Shown piece by piece: positions 1 to 15,000 of a stretch of 64,000 nt of DNA. Within the stretch, counting starts at the first letter, position 1; each line of letters starts with the position of its first letter. This DNA comes from Candidatus Cloacimonadota bacterium (GTDB lineage Bacteria > Cloacimonadota > Cloacimonadia > G963667145), in the NCBI GenBank assembly GCA_963676615.1, contig OY781092.1:1408001-1472000 (forward strand), in the 5' to 3' direction. Below the pieces are notes generated by a model, which saw only the letters and a list, made by a program, of their open reading frames with translations, made no database searches and was not told the DNA's origin. Position numbers and translations under genes: made by a program.

Positions 1-3000
1 ACGGTGTCTCCGCCAGAAACATACACCTCTCCGTCAACAGCTCCGCCTATGTATCTGGAAACAAGATAGTTATCCACAGTGTCGCCTGCCACAGACTTGA
101 CCTTGCTCCAGCTCACACGCAAAGTATCTTTTTCGCCCCTTGTCGCCTCGACATTCTCCACAATCGGCAAGTTCAAATAACCATACACAAGGTTCGACGG
201 CGTGGTCAAATCTCCGCCCTTAATCTTCGCCATCACTCGATAGAAATACAAATTACCAATCTCCAAAGAAGGGCTTTTGTCGTAGCTGACATTATTTTCT
301 CTCAACGGCACACCCTGCATCTCTCCTGTCACATCGTAAGCGTTACCCTCGCGCACACTATCGATATTCTTCAACGAATCGAAGCGGAAAATCAAAGTCG
401 TGTCTAGCTCTGGCCAAATCTCCGCCGTATAGTGCCAGCTCAACTCTATCGTGTCAACTTTCGGCTTGCTCAAAGAGACAAACTGCAAATCTTCCACACC
501 AGAATATTTGTAATACCCGCTATCGACATCCGACAACGGAGCGTCCGCATCAACGCCCAAAGCTCTAACCATATAGTAAACTTTGCGGAAAGCGCCATAT
601 CTGGTTCTGTCGTCCCAAATCGTATCTTCATTACCTATGGCGCTCAATCCCAATGTGTCGTAATACGCCAAATCTTGCCCATCGCTGCCGAGAACAGAAT
701 CACGCAAAATCTGATACTGCTGTGCATCTTCCGATTTTGTCCATTTCAGCTCAATCTTATCGAAGAACTCACCTTTGCTCACAGACACCAGCGCCGCAGA
801 ATCCAGCTTGCGACACCCAGTGGCAAATTTCGAGCTGTAGCTAGAAGTCGAGCTTGCGTTTTGGAAAGCCGCCGTGTAGATATAGTTCATTCCTTGCAAG
901 CCAATTCCGTCGTCTGTATAAGGGAAATATCCGTCCGTATAACCTGCGGCAACCACTGTGTCGTAGTCACTAAATTGCCCAAGGAACGCATCTCCACGCC
1001 TAATATAAATCGTATCGACGATATCCGCCGTCAGCTGGCTTGTGTAGATTCGCAACTTCACAGAATCGCCATAAGCGTTGTTATCTACAACCACCAAACT
1101 ATCTGGCGCACTCAGCCGCACATAGCCGCTGTCCGTTCCGCTGCTGTCCACGGCGATGCCCTTATACACCTTAATCTTATACTGATAGCGGATGCCAGGG
1201 AACACATCTGCGTCATACCACGCCTGCTCTACTTCGCCCGCAGGCAAGTTTGTCGCCTTTTGCCAATCTTCGCCCGCAACATCCAGCGAGTCCCTAAACA
1301 GCACGAAACTGTCGGCATAAGTCGGCGTCGTGTATCGCACAGTGATGCTATCGCCCGCAAGCCCCTTGCTCACATCGTTCAAAATCGGCGCTTCTGGCTT
1401 CGTAAATCCTGTGTCAACTTCGGTATAAGCCGCCGTAAATCTCATCTCCAGCGGCTGTCCAACTGCGGTATCCTCGTCCAGCATAAGCACAGGGCGCACC
1501 TTATAAACATACTCTCTACCCAAATCTATCGGGCTCTCAAACCTTCGCGTAAACCCTGCGGCAATATCAAAACTCGCCGTATCCACAAAATTGGTATCGT
1601 CGCCCGGCAACAAAATCGTCGCTTCGGAAGAGCCGTTTGTCAAAGCGCGCGACAGCTCATAATAAGTAACCTCATCATCTTTTGTGCCTACAACTTTCGA
1701 CCATTTCAGTCGGATAGCTCTATCCAGCGTCGCCTTTGTCGCCACAATCTCGCCCAAAGGCTCTAGCTTCGTGCAACCAAAAGCCAAGTTCGAGGCGATG
1801 CCCGACTTGTCTTTCGGATAAACCTCTGCCAAATAGAAATAGAGATTTCCTCGCTTGATATCCACCGTATCCAAAAATTTGTTGCTCTGTGCAAAATCGT
1901 TTGTAACCGCTTTTAGTCGAGAATCTTGCGTCATATTGGCTGTGTCGGCGTTTTTCACAGAGTCGAACCTGTAGAACACGACGCTATCCACGCCATAGCT
2001 CACCAATTTGCTCGGCAAGCTGTAAGTCAGCTCGATCGTATCGACCTTCATCGCACTCATCGAGACAAACTGCAAATCTTCGATACCAGAGTATTTCAAG
2101 AATCCACTATCAATCTCGGACGGCTCAGAGTTGAAATCTTCGCCCATAGCCACAATTTTGTAGTAAATATTAGTGTAAGAAGGATATTTGCTATAATCGG
2201 TGTAGGTCGTGTCGCTGCTTTGCGCACCATAGCCAGACCTAAACAAAATATCGTAATTATCAGGGTCCTCGCCGCCTGTGTTTGTGCTATCTCGGAAAAC
2301 AATATAACCTTTGCTGGCGTCTTGCACTTGGCTCCATACCAGCTCAATTTTATCTCGATAGTCGCCTTTCGACACAGAAAGAATCTTCGGCACGCTCAAA
2401 TCTCTATACGCCAGCGTATCACCAGAATATGGCGAGTAGCCCGTTGTGTCGTCATACGACGCCACAGAATAGTAGTAGTTCACGCCTTGTTTGCCCAAAG
2501 TGTCTTTATAAGTCGCCGCCGCCTTTATCATAAACCACTGGCTCTGTGTCATATCCGACTTCTTCATCCTGCGGATACGATACGAATCAACAGTTGCGTT
2601 ATTAGGCATCGTCTTAAAGCTCAAAGTCACCCCACTCGTATCCCAATGGGTCACCTTCAGCGTGTCAATCGGCTTCAGATAAGTGTAAGAAACGATGTCG
2701 TAAGTTTTCTCCGACAAAGTATCGTTCTTAACCTTAAATCGATAAGAGTACTCCCGACCTCGAGTCAGCAAACTATCGATAACTTCCCCGCTGCCATACA
2801 CTGTGTCGATAGGCACAAAAACAGAAGCGTCATCCGTCCTGTCTTTGCGATAAACATACACCTCCCTCACATAGCCGTTGGCGGGACTCACCGTAATATT
2901 CACGCGCTCTTTGACCCGAGCATCTATCTCAAACGGCGAGGTCTTCTCTATCCAAAGCGTGTCGTTATAGCCATACACCTGCCCATCGTCCAGCGGCGGC

Positions 3001-6000
3001 ATCTCCGACCAACCAGTATCAGCCTCGCTCTCTTGCGAAACTAGCCTCAACTGCAACCTGCTCGTCGCATCTCCAAAAACCGTGTCCTGATCAATCTCGC
3101 ACAACGCCCGCAAAGAGTAAGCGTAGAACTTGCCTGGCTCAAATCCGCTAGCAAACAAGTCTCCGCCGTAAAAATCGAGCGCAGTCGTATCGCTAACCTC
3201 AACCGAATCTCTTCTGCCACCATTCACGCTCTCTCGGATCAACTCATAGTCGTTAACGCCCTGCACGCTATCCCACACCACGCTCACACTATCCACCAGC
3301 ACTCCAAAGCTCGCCGTCGCTCTGCCCGTCTTCGGCAAATCGAGATAGCCGTGCGCCATATTCGACAACTTCGAGTCAACGTCCGTATTCACTTGCACTT
3401 TATAGAAATACAACTTTCCAAGCTCAAGGTCAGCGGAAGTGTCGCTTATCGTATAAGTTCTGAACTCTCCCTCTGTAACGCTATCAACAATATAAGCCGT
3501 AGTCGGCACAGCATAACCTGTCGTATCATCAGACGACTCAACATCGTCCCAACGATACAGCTTCACGCCATCTTTACCGAAATCTTCAAATTTGATGCTC
3601 TCAAAGACGCTAAAAGTAAGCTTTATCGTGTCTCGGCGCTTGCCCGCAAAGCGTAAATCTTCCACCTTGTCAAAAGCTCTGTATCCAGAATCTGCCGCCG
3701 ACAAAGTCGAATTCGTGTCAACACCAACCGCTTGCACCTTATAGGCGATATACTTGCAAGACGGATATTTCTGGTTATCCACATAGGTCGTGTCGTCGCT
3801 ATCCTCCAGATAGAACTCGTTCACCAGCACTTCATACTGCCCATTTTCGTCGCTGCGGCGATACAAGCGATACCCCTGCGCATCATCTATCTTGTTCCAT
3901 CTCAGCGTAATATTGTCGATGCTCGTGCCCTTGCTAACGCTATCGAACTCTGGCACTTCCAGCTTCGCAAAACCTGTGTCGATGCTCGCACCATATCGAG
4001 AAATCCCCGTAACATCGCTAAAGTAAGCCGCTTGATAAACATAAAATTTCCCTTGAACAACATCTTTGTCAACCAAAGTGTCGCTAGCGGCATCGAAAGG
4101 ATAGACGAGCCTCTCTTCGTCGGCAGGGTCGCTCCACGCATATCGCCTAATCACCACAGAGTCGATATTTTCGCTGTTTTTCGCATTTCTTTTAACCAGC
4201 AAAATTATACTATCCGAAGAAACTCCGTTCTTGACAACCTCCACCTTTTGCGACGGTTGCAGCGGCGTAAACGACACCACATCCAAGAATGTATCCGAAA
4301 CCACCTCGTTGACGATTTTCAGCCTAAATGTGTCGAACTCTCCATAAAGCTCTGGGCTAAACTTGAAGGTGTCCATCACAGCGGCATCTCGCACAGAAAC
4401 CGACCGCACATAGCCCGCTACGCCGTTTCCAATCGTGTCAAATCTCACGCTGTCCACAAAATCTTTGCCCGTCACAATTCCAATCTTTATCACAGAATCG
4501 AAATTGTTGACCACATTTTCCTGCAAATTGGCGACAATATCCGCCGTGTCGTTGTTAATCCACAAATCTGCTCGGCTAAGCGCAGGAATTTTGGCGTAGC
4601 CCGAATCGATCGAATTGCGATAAACCGCCATATCTCCTTGCAAATAAACATTATAGAAATACCATTTGCCGGGTTGCAAACCGTTTTCTGCCGTCACCTC
4701 ATCGACAAATCCGTCCGAAGCTTTCTGATCTTCAAAATAAGCAACATTCCCCGCATAGTCGTATACGCCGCCTTCGGCTTTTTGATAGCGAACCACTGTG
4801 TAAGGCTCATCCAGCACACCGTTCCAGCTCAAACGAACAGTATCGATAAACTCGCCCTTTGTCGCCGTCAAATTTTGCACTTGATAAACATTCAGATACA
4901 GCGTATCGTCCAGCTCTTTAAATTTAGAGTCGCTGTTGACGATGCCGTCGGTTCCCGCATCTTGCGACAATCCGCTAAGCGACTGCACCCGATACAAGAA
5001 AGCGTGCGTCCGCTGATTTTGCTCGATAGTATCCAGCCAGAAAGTGTCCGTAACTGTTTTCAGAGCAGCGTATTCGGTTTCGTTGAACCGCTTTCTCTCG
5101 ATTTTGAAACTATCCGCATTGGCAACTTTCGCCCATTTAATGCCGATAACCGAGGTGTCCAAAGTTCCCACATCAACTGTGTCGATCTCCGCCGTCGGCA
5201 ACAATTTCGTCCAACCAGAATCGATGACGCCCTTGTCGCTAAACTTGTCAAACCCTTGCACCTGCGACGCCACACGGAAATAGAGCTTTTTGCCATACCA
5301 ACTGCTATCTGACAGAACATTGCCCTTCAGAGCATAGGCAGACACCCCTAAAATGCTATCGTAATAGTTCGTCAATTCGGTTTTTTTCGCAAAGCTCTCC
5401 TCGTCCTTATCAGTGCTCACATAAATTCGATAGTTCATCTTGCCAGACAAATTGAGCGGCTCCTCTATCCGCAAATAGACGCTATCGTAAAATTCTCCCT
5501 TGCTCGGACGCAGATAGAACTCTGGCGGAGCTTGCTTACCAACGCCATAGACCGTATCGCTCCAAGCCGAACGCCCATAAGTAGGATGCACATTTCGCAC
5601 GATAAACCCTTTCTGCCCTTGACTAAACGGAGAGTCAAAAGTCCAAGTGGTATCGATCAAATCTTTCTCCACCACATCGCTATAAAACTCGCTCACCATT
5701 CGCACTTCGTAGGTCACATTCGCAATCTGCGACTCTGCCCAATCGACCCTAATCTTGTCTGTAATGCTGTCCGAAGCGACAACTAGCGCTGGCGGATTTA
5801 GCTTCGACCAACCGCTATCCACGGCCGACCACAGCGACGCCACAGAGTCCCAAATAGCTTCCGTGCCGCCAGAATCCACCACTTGCAATTTGAAGTAGTA
5901 AGTTTGCCCCTCGTCCAAACCTCCCGACTGCGTAAAGTTATAAGAGCTGCTATCTCCTGCCTGATTGTTCACAATCTTCAGCGTGTCGCAATAATCGGAG

Positions 6001-9000
6001 CTAAAATCTATCGTCGTGTCGTAAGCCAAATTGAACGCCGTTGCTATGCCATACTCTTGCCAGCTGATTTGGATAGTGTCCTGCAAAATCTGATACATAT
6101 TTTTCTCAATATCCAAAACAGGCAAAACAAATCGCTTGCCGCCAAAAGCGGTGTCCGACCAATTCTGGCTGACAAATTTTTGAGCAGTCTCTTGGCTCCA
6201 AACCTCCACAGGCTGGCTCATATCAAGATATTCTGGGTTATAAACTTTCACCGAATACTTATAAGCCATTCCGCCTTGAATGTCGTAATCTTTGTAGAGC
6301 GTGTCCGACAAATCTTCATAATAGACAGTGTCGAACGAGCTAACTCGCGCAAGCAGATAGCGTCCCGACTCGCAAAGATTTTCGACTCCGTTCCAGCGCA
6401 CCGTCACAAACAAAGCCTGCGCATCCAGCGTGTCCGCTGTCAGACCGTCCACATCTGGCAGAGCCTTCCAGCCCGTATCTGGCTCCGAAATCTCCGAATA
6501 TTTTCCGTTGCGATACGACCGAACATAATAAAGATATTTTTGCCCAACTTTCCGTGCTGCACCGTCGTCAAACACCGTGTCTGTGGCAAAATTATAATCA
6601 GCTTCCACAGTATCCACAGTCACCATCGGGCTCAGCGGTTTGATATTTTTCGCATAAACGAAGAAACTGTCAATATCTGGGATACGATTTTTGTCCATAT
6701 CCCACGAAACTGCGATTGTGTCCACAGAAACGCCCTTGGTCGCCGTCACTCCCGCTGGCGGATACGGATTGCTTGTGGCAAAGATAGAGTCCGTCCACGA
6801 AGAAAATCCTGTCGAATCGTTGTAAACCCTCACTTTGTAATAGCCGTCGTCTCCTGGAATAACCGTCGTATCTTCCAATCTCGGATTCGCCGAAGTGTCT
6901 ATCGGGTCAAAATTCGCACCGTCTTTTTTATACAAAATATACTCGTCCGCATTTTCCACCGCTTTGCATCGGAAAACGAACTTGTCGAACTTGACGCTGT
7001 CCAGACGCAAACTATCGGCAGCCAGCAACAACGCAAACCCTTTGCAAACATCGGAGAAAGTCGCCTTGCTCACATCGTAGCCGTCCAAATCGTTCAGCGC
7101 TGCCACCTTGAAGTAGAGCAGTTTCCCCAAATCGGCAATCTCCAGCTCTGGCAAACTCAAGTTATAAACAGAGTCGGAAGTCAAGCTCATCTGATAGCGA
7201 GCATCGCTATACACAAACTCGCGCGCAGTGTCGCCAACAAGGGCGTAGGACTGAGCGTTCTCGACTCTCGACCACCTAATCACGACAGAATCGGCGTAAC
7301 TGCTATCTGGCTTGTTGTCTTTTGTTGCATAATCGAACACGCCCGAAGCTGTGATAAACGCTGGCTCTGGCAACTTCGACCAAGCACCGTCGTAAATTCC
7401 AATGTTATACTCTAGGTTGTAAGTCTGCACCTCAACAGTGTCAGAACTTCCGCCCTTCAAACCTTGCACGGCAGTCGTTAGGTAATACCAATACTTCTTG
7501 CCGCCAACAAGTTTATCGCCAGCCAATCCTTTTCCTTTATCGATGTAATAGTTCGTGTCCGCTTGCATCGAATCCAGCAAAGTTTTCTCTCCATTTTTAT
7601 CCACAGAACGATACAAGTAGTAATAGAGGTTTGGCGTCGTCTCTTCTGCCCAGTTGAGCTTGATCGTATCGAACCTAACGCTATCATAATAGAAATAGAA
7701 AGAGTCCACCGGCAACAGCTTCAGATATCCCGTATCCACAGCCACGCTGGTGTCCGAAATCTCCGCTATGCAATATTCGTTAACTGGTTGCACCCTAAAC
7801 AGATACTGCACTCCGTCGCTAAATTCGGAGCTATACTCACTGCGATAGAAAATATGCGAAGTGTCGTCATCTTCGACACCAATTGCTGCCAAGAAATCGT
7901 AGCCAGAGCCACCGAGCGTATCAAAAAAGACATTGTAGCTAGTCGCCAAATCCGATTTGCTCCACTTCAGCGAAATGCCTTGGGTCGATTCGCCTTTCCC
8001 TGCGAAAATCTCGTCCACCATCTCCAACTTCGTAAACGCCGCAGCACCAATCTCGCGCACTGGTCCACGGTCGGAACCTTTCAAACCCGCAATCCAATAG
8101 TAAAAAATCTTACCGGGGTTATTTTTCAAATCCGCAGATTTGTCCGTAAATGGAGCTTCTGTGAAAACTAGCGTATCCACAGCCACTTTGTTATCCACAT
8201 CGTTATCCTCACTGCGATACACGACATAAGAGTCCACCGCTGGGATTTGCTTCCAAATCATCAAAATCGTATCTCGTTTATAATCCTCAACTTGTCGCAA
8301 ACTATCCACCAAGCCAATCTTCGCAAAATTCACGACATGGTTGGAGCTATCGGAGAATTTCTCGCCAAAACGAGTCGGCGCATACGAGTAAACGAAATAT
8401 TCATAATTTTCGGAAACGGTCACCGCGCTGTCGTTGTAGCTCACCATCTCCAAAACATCAACGCCATAAACGGTGTCGATCGTGTCCACCGTCCCGACAT
8501 TAACCTTGGACTTGCAAACAAAATAGTTGAGCGTGTCGCCGCCGATATTTTTTTTCAGCCAAGAGATGTTTATATAACCTTCCAGAGGCTCGCCCGTGGC
8601 AAGGTTCACCGCTGGCAACCTCGAATAGCCGCTATCGATTATCGCGCCCGACATCGTGTTCGGCAGATCGTTCACCGCACGCACACCAACATAATAGACA
8701 AATCCAGCGTCGCTATTTTGCAAAGTTATCGTATCCAAAATAATCGAGTCGCCGCTCGGCGTCGCTGTCGCCAAATCAAGCTCGTAATACCCTTTCACAA
8801 AAAGGTCTTCTTTGTTTTTCTTAAACGAAATCTGATACCGGAGCGAGTTGTCCTCGTCTGCCACAGCCGACCGCTTTATCTTCAGCGCCAAACTATCTTG
8901 CAGCTGACCGTCCGTAACATCTATCAGATCTGGCTTCTCCAGCTTAACCCAGCCTTCAGATTGCGTCGGTTCACTCTTCCCGAAATCGTTTTGCGCCCAA

Positions 9001-12000
9001 ACTCTGATGTAAATTTTTCGCCCTTTCAGCGAATCTTCTGTAATCTTAATCACCGCCGAATCTGTTGTGTAGTCAGAATTTTCAAAACTGCCCAAACTAT
9101 CGACAGGGAAGCGGAACTTTTGCGTCTCCTCATCGATCGAATCTTTGGTTGACCATTCCACAAAATAGCTCTTGAACGCCTGCTCCTTCTCCCACTTAAC
9201 GATAATCGTGTCGTCCAGCCCCTTATCGCTCCTGGTAATCGTCAACGGATCAAAAATCGAGAAACCACGCACAGGCTTCGACAAAACCTGCTCTTTGCTA
9301 ATGTCGTTAAACGCCGCAACCTTATACCAGCGCACCATTCCGTGCGGCACGCTCGCATCAACGAAGAAAGTGTCCTCGCCGTTGACAACAGAATCCAAAA
9401 TGTTTCCGCTCCACACACTTGCCTGTGTCGTGTCACGCACAACTAAATACTGCACATCGCTCGCCATATCGTCTGTGCCGTTTTTGTAGCCCCAACGCAA
9501 AGTGATGCTATACTCCGAAATCGAAGCTATCAAAGTGTCTGGCGGCGAGAATTTCGCATAACCGCTAGCGCTGGCGCTGTCTTGCGAAACAACCGACTCT
9601 TTGCCCGCGTTGTTTTTCTTGCTCTTCAGGTAATAAGCGTAAGCCACACCCTCTTTCACTCTCGCCGTGTCGAAATACTCCGTCACTATCGAAGCAAAAA
9701 CATAGCTCGTATCCAGCGTGCTGCCCAAATAGCGAGAAAGCAAGAAGCTATCCACAGAAGAAGCGTAATTCCATTCCCAGCTTAGCTTTATCGTGTCGGC
9801 ATAAGCGCCTTTGGTCGCCGCAAAATTTTCGGGCATCGGCAAGTAGCAATAAGCGTCCAGAGTGTCGCTCTCGGCAGAAACCTGCTTATCGACTCCGCCG
9901 CCGTTCTCAATCACCGCTTTCACATAATACTCTACAAACTCGCCATAGCTGATACCTTTATCCACATAGAAGCCGCTGACCAGTTGCTCGCCAGAAACGC
10001 TGGCAATCTGCTCAAAACTTCCGCTAACAAATTTTCTGTAAACTCGCACACTATCCAAAGACGCGACATCCAACGGATAGCTCGCCCAATAGACCAAATT
10101 GGCTGTATCTCGCACCAAGATTTTGGACATCGCCGCTTTCGGCAATTCGATGCCGCTTTTTTGTGCCGCAGAACGCTCCGAAACTGAATACGGCACCGCA
10201 TCCGACGCTGTCGCATACGCCAAAGAACGCACCTTGAACCAATACGGAGCACCTTTTTTGACCGTTTTAGGCTCTAGCTGTGCAAAAATTGTCGCGCTCG
10301 TATCCGCCAGCACAATCGAATCGACCAGAGTCGTGCAATTTTCGTCAGAATAGCAAAGCAAACCGTAGCGAACAATCGCTAAATTCTCTTTCTGCAACTT
10401 CACTTTCTCTATCTCGACAAAAATCGAATCTTCGTTCGGATAACCCGAAGCCGCCAGTTGGGTCGTATCGATTCTGCTATATCCTGGCATCGCCAAAAAC
10501 TCTGTGTTCAATGTGTCCGATACGCCGAAATAGCCCGCTTTTTTGGCAACAATTTTGTAATAGTAGTAAGCGCCGTTCACCCTCTGATCCGCTCCGCCCA
10601 AACTGTCAGCAAAGGTGTAGTAGGAATCCACGGCTCCCACGGCCTCTGCCTTCCAATCCAAAGCGTTTAGTTTTGCGTAACTTCCGCCGTCGATTTTTCG
10701 CCAAACATCAAACTCGTGTCCACCCACATAACGCAACCTCACCACTATTGAGTCGGTCAAATCTTGCGAAATCCAAACCGAGTCGATGTCTTTCGGCTTC
10801 AGATAGCCTTGCGTCCACACAGTGTCCGAGCCGACTCTTGTGTTTTTGAACTTAACCGAAAAAGCGCTCACGCCCAATCGATATTCTGGTCCATAAACAA
10901 ACGGATAGTCGAAAGAGCCCACAAACTTGACGATAGAATCTGCTTCGTTCGCCACAGACGCCACAATCATCGAATCTTTGCCATCTTTTTCCCGAACAAA
11001 AATGGAGTAGCCGTCCGCATCGCTCTTCTCGTCCCATCTCAACCTGATTTTGTCGGCATAAACGCCCTTCGACGCATCTAATCCAAGACAAGAATCTAGC
11101 CTCGTGTAACCTTCGGTCGGTCCAACCCACTCGGACGCTTCGCTGTCTTTTTTCGTCTGCGCGTAGTATTTATATAGCTTTCCGTCTTGCAACGAAACTG
11201 TGTCTGTCCAAGGGAAGAACTGTCCTTCATCAGTGCCATTAAAATCAGTTTCTTCAAATCTTTTGACAATAATTTCTACGCCATCTTCGTTTTCTCGTTT
11301 AATCAAAATGCTATCCACATTTTTCGCGTGCAAAATTTCCAACTGAATGCTATCCACAAAGAAGTTGTCCTGGCTCGCCAATCGAACAGCCGACAACGCT
11401 ATCAAACACTGCCCAGCCACAGAGTCGCTCCAAGCAGAAGAAGAAAGCTCTTTGTCGTCAGCCACAGCCGCAGCCAGCCTCCTGCTGTGCAATCTCGCTC
11501 TGTAATAGTAAGGAACTTTCGGCGTCAGAGAAGTGGCGCTATCCACAAAACTCAAAGTGTCCAAACCTTGGAAACTATCCACCGTCACAAACGACTCGCC
11601 ATCTTTTCTTCGCTGAACCTCGACCTGCATATCGTATTTTTCGTAAAGCGCGATATTGTCGGTAATCTCGCTTGGCAAAGCCCAACTAACTTCGATTTTG
11701 CCGTTGATGTCGTCGCTACATTCTGAGATGTAAATTTTCGGAGGCAGCACGAATCCAGAGTCAAGATTTGTCAGCGAATCGCTAACGCTCACATCGTTTC
11801 TGCCGCCAATTTTGAAATAGTAGAAAATTCCCGACAAAGCGCCCACATTATCCAGCTTAAAGCTGTAATCGTAAGTGCCAACATCGCCCCTATTTATGCT
11901 CTGAATTGCGCTGGCTTGATCAAAAATTCCGCTGGCGCTATCACGCATATAAATCGTGTAAAGGCTTGTGTTGTCATCTGCTACGCTTGTGTTCGAGCGA

Positions 12001-15000
12001 TAGTTTTCCCATTTCAACCGCAACGAATCTGCCGAAACGCCCTTGCTCACCGTCAAATTTTTCGGAGCTTTCAATCTGCTGGCGCCAACCACCACTTTGC
12101 TATAATCCGAGTTGCCTTTGCTCTCCTCGAACCGAGCTTTTATGTAAATCGGCAAACTAATGTCGTCAATCTGCACGGACAACCGATAAACCGTATCTTC
12201 AGGAGTTGCATACTCCACAGCCACGCTGTCCCAAGTCGCTTGATCTTTTGAATATTTAATCCGCACAGAGTCGATCTCAATCGCCGAAATTTTGTTCCAT
12301 TTAATCTCGATCGAATCCACAATCGTGCCATAAGACGCCGTCAGTTGCGGAGGCGAAACTTTGGTGTATCCCGAATCAACCCGAGAGGTGTCCGAGAAAA
12401 TTGTATCTTTCAAAGCGCCCAAGTCGATACTCGTCGAAACATCGAAATAGTAAACCTTGCCTTGCGCCAAATTGTCTCCAAAAGCTCCGCCAGAACGCAG
12501 ATCAACCAAAGTGTCAGAGGTCACAATCTGCGCCTCTATCGTTTTTTGCACAGGGTCGTTCAATTGCCTTACTGTATAAAGCGGCGCATAATCGCCCGCA
12601 TCCACCGCAGACCAAGAAGCAATCAAGGTTTGCTCGCTCTCGCCCTTGGCAACGGTAAACCCACTGACCGTATCCAGCGACGCAAAGCCAAACTTCGCCC
12701 TAGAAAATCCAGAATAGTGCGTAACACCCGCTTTGTCCGTATTTTTCGTCCGCACCGCATAAAAATACGGAACTCCACGAACAGGAGCGACGGCGCTCTT
12801 TATTGTGTCTGTATAAACCGTGTCCAAAGTTCCCAACTGCGCCAGCGAATCTTGGCTGACAGAAAAGCCATCAAAGCTTTGCGCCCGATAAAGCAAATAC
12901 GCCAAACCGTCTTCGGCTCGCTCCCAAACAATCTTGATGCTATCTTTGTAGTCGCCCTTTGTAACGCTGGCGATTATCGGCGCCCGCAGCTCCAATGAGC
13001 CAGACAAGGTGTCCGAATAGCCAGACTCTTCGCCCATCGTCGAAGAAGCCTGCACATAATAAAAATAGGTCTTACCAAGCTCCAAATCGCCTTGCTTCCA
13101 GCTATACTTAATCTCCTCTCCCAAATTCTCTTTGGCAAGAGTTGCCGTCTGAACTCCAAATTTTTCTGGAGCAAAAGGCGCTCCCAAACTATCCAGCCGA
13201 TAAACATAGAAGCTATCTACAGCAGACGAAGAAGCCGCAAGATACGACCAAATCAGCTGCATAGAATCTTCGCCAGCCACCTGCGCCACAGACGCAAGAA
13301 CTGGATCTGGCAAAGCGGTATAACCCGTATCGGGCGCACTATAATACGACTCGCCAAAATTCTGCGTCAACGCCTTAACCTTGTAAACATACGGCTTTCC
13401 TGGCTCAACATATTCGTCCACAAAAGAGTCCAGACTCGTAACAGTTCCGCCCTCTTCACTCAAATCGTTACGCCAAATCTTATACTTTTTCCAGCCGACA
13501 TCGTTGGAGGTCAGCGAATCCCAGCGCACGATAATTTTATCCTTGTACTCCGCTTTGGTTGCACTCAATCCTGTGATAGTATCCAATCGACAATAGCCAG
13601 AATCTGCCAAGCTAAACGGCGAGCTAATCAGCGTTTCCATAAATATTTTCGCCCGCACATAGTAAACTTTGCACGGATCAACATCTAGCTCCGTCCTCGT
13701 CAAATTGAAAGACACTATCGCCTTCTCGCTCGATGCGTTAAAGTCAGAATTTTCGGAATACTCCAAGATCATTTTTGTCACGCTGGCAGGCAGAGTCTCC
13801 CACTTCACAATCAGCTTTTTGTTTATCAAGCTGTCTGCCGCATCCTCAATCCTCACCAGCGGAGCTTCGTATTGCCGCCAACCGCTATCGCTGACTGCAC
13901 CGTTTCCGCTGGTAGAAACATCGCCCAAAGCGACTAAGAAATATTTGTAGAAAGCGCCAGGAGAGACACTGAAATCTTTCACATACAAACTGTCTGCATT
14001 AAGCGCGATTTGCTCAAATCCCAAAAGCGTCGTATCGCCCAGAGGGTCGATTCTGTAGAGAGAGTAGCCTTTAGCGATGTTCTCCCATTTCACTTTGACA
14101 AAATCCAAACTATCGCGGCTAACCTCCGGCTTCGCTGGAGCAGGCAACGCCAAATACCCCTGATCGTAATCGCTAAGCTCCGAGCTATCGTTGGCGCCCA
14201 AACTGCGAACTCTAAAGTAGTATCTCGTGTCTGGCTTCAACTGCGGGAAATTACCAATTTCCACATCTGCCGAAGTGTCGTTTCCGCCTGTCGTCGCCAA
14301 AACTCGCTTATAGCCGCCCAAATCTCGCAAAGTGTCGTAATACAACGCATAGCCAGCCACCTTCACCTGCTTCGACCATTTCACAAAAATAGTGTCTGTG
14401 TTTGTCGCTTTGCTCGCCGTCAAATTTTTCGGAATAGGCATCGAGACAAGCCCCGTATCCACTTGTGAGAAATTCCACTTCTCTTCTGGCAAACTCTCGG
14501 TTAACTCGTTGCGAGCGTAGGCTTTATAGTAATAATCTTGCCCATAATTTATCCCATTCACCACAGAATCGTATGCAAAATCTTCGCTGACCGTATCAAT
14601 AATCTCGAATGAGCTATTATCCTCACTTCGGTAAAGCACATACTCGTCCGCACCCTCCACTTTGCCCCACATCAACCGCACAGCATCGTCTGTCGTCCCA
14701 TAGGTCGCTTCAAAAGATTTTGGCGCTGGCAGTTGGGTAAATCCAGAATCTTGCAAAGAGCGAGAATTTTCTGCGGAAACGGCGTTATAAGCTTTCACTT
14801 GATAAAAAACTTTCACCCCATGGAAACCAGTAAATTTATCGTTAAACACAGAGTCTTGATGATCCAAATCGAACTCAAACTCCTGCTGTATTCCGCCGTC
14901 GAACCTGCGATAAATTTTGTAACCAGCGGCGTTTTTCACCGTGTCCCAGCTGACTTTGATGCTATCCAAATAGTCGCCGTCGCTCGCCCTTAAATCTTCA

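Noticed and set aside
70..9966. Perfect DnaA boxes TTATCCACA at 70, 3775, 7597, 8191 and 9958
   Set aside because: All are in one orientation inside the giant CDS, explained by V-D-(N/K) codons (GTG GAT AA), and widely spaced. Not an origin, though a titration role cannot be excluded.
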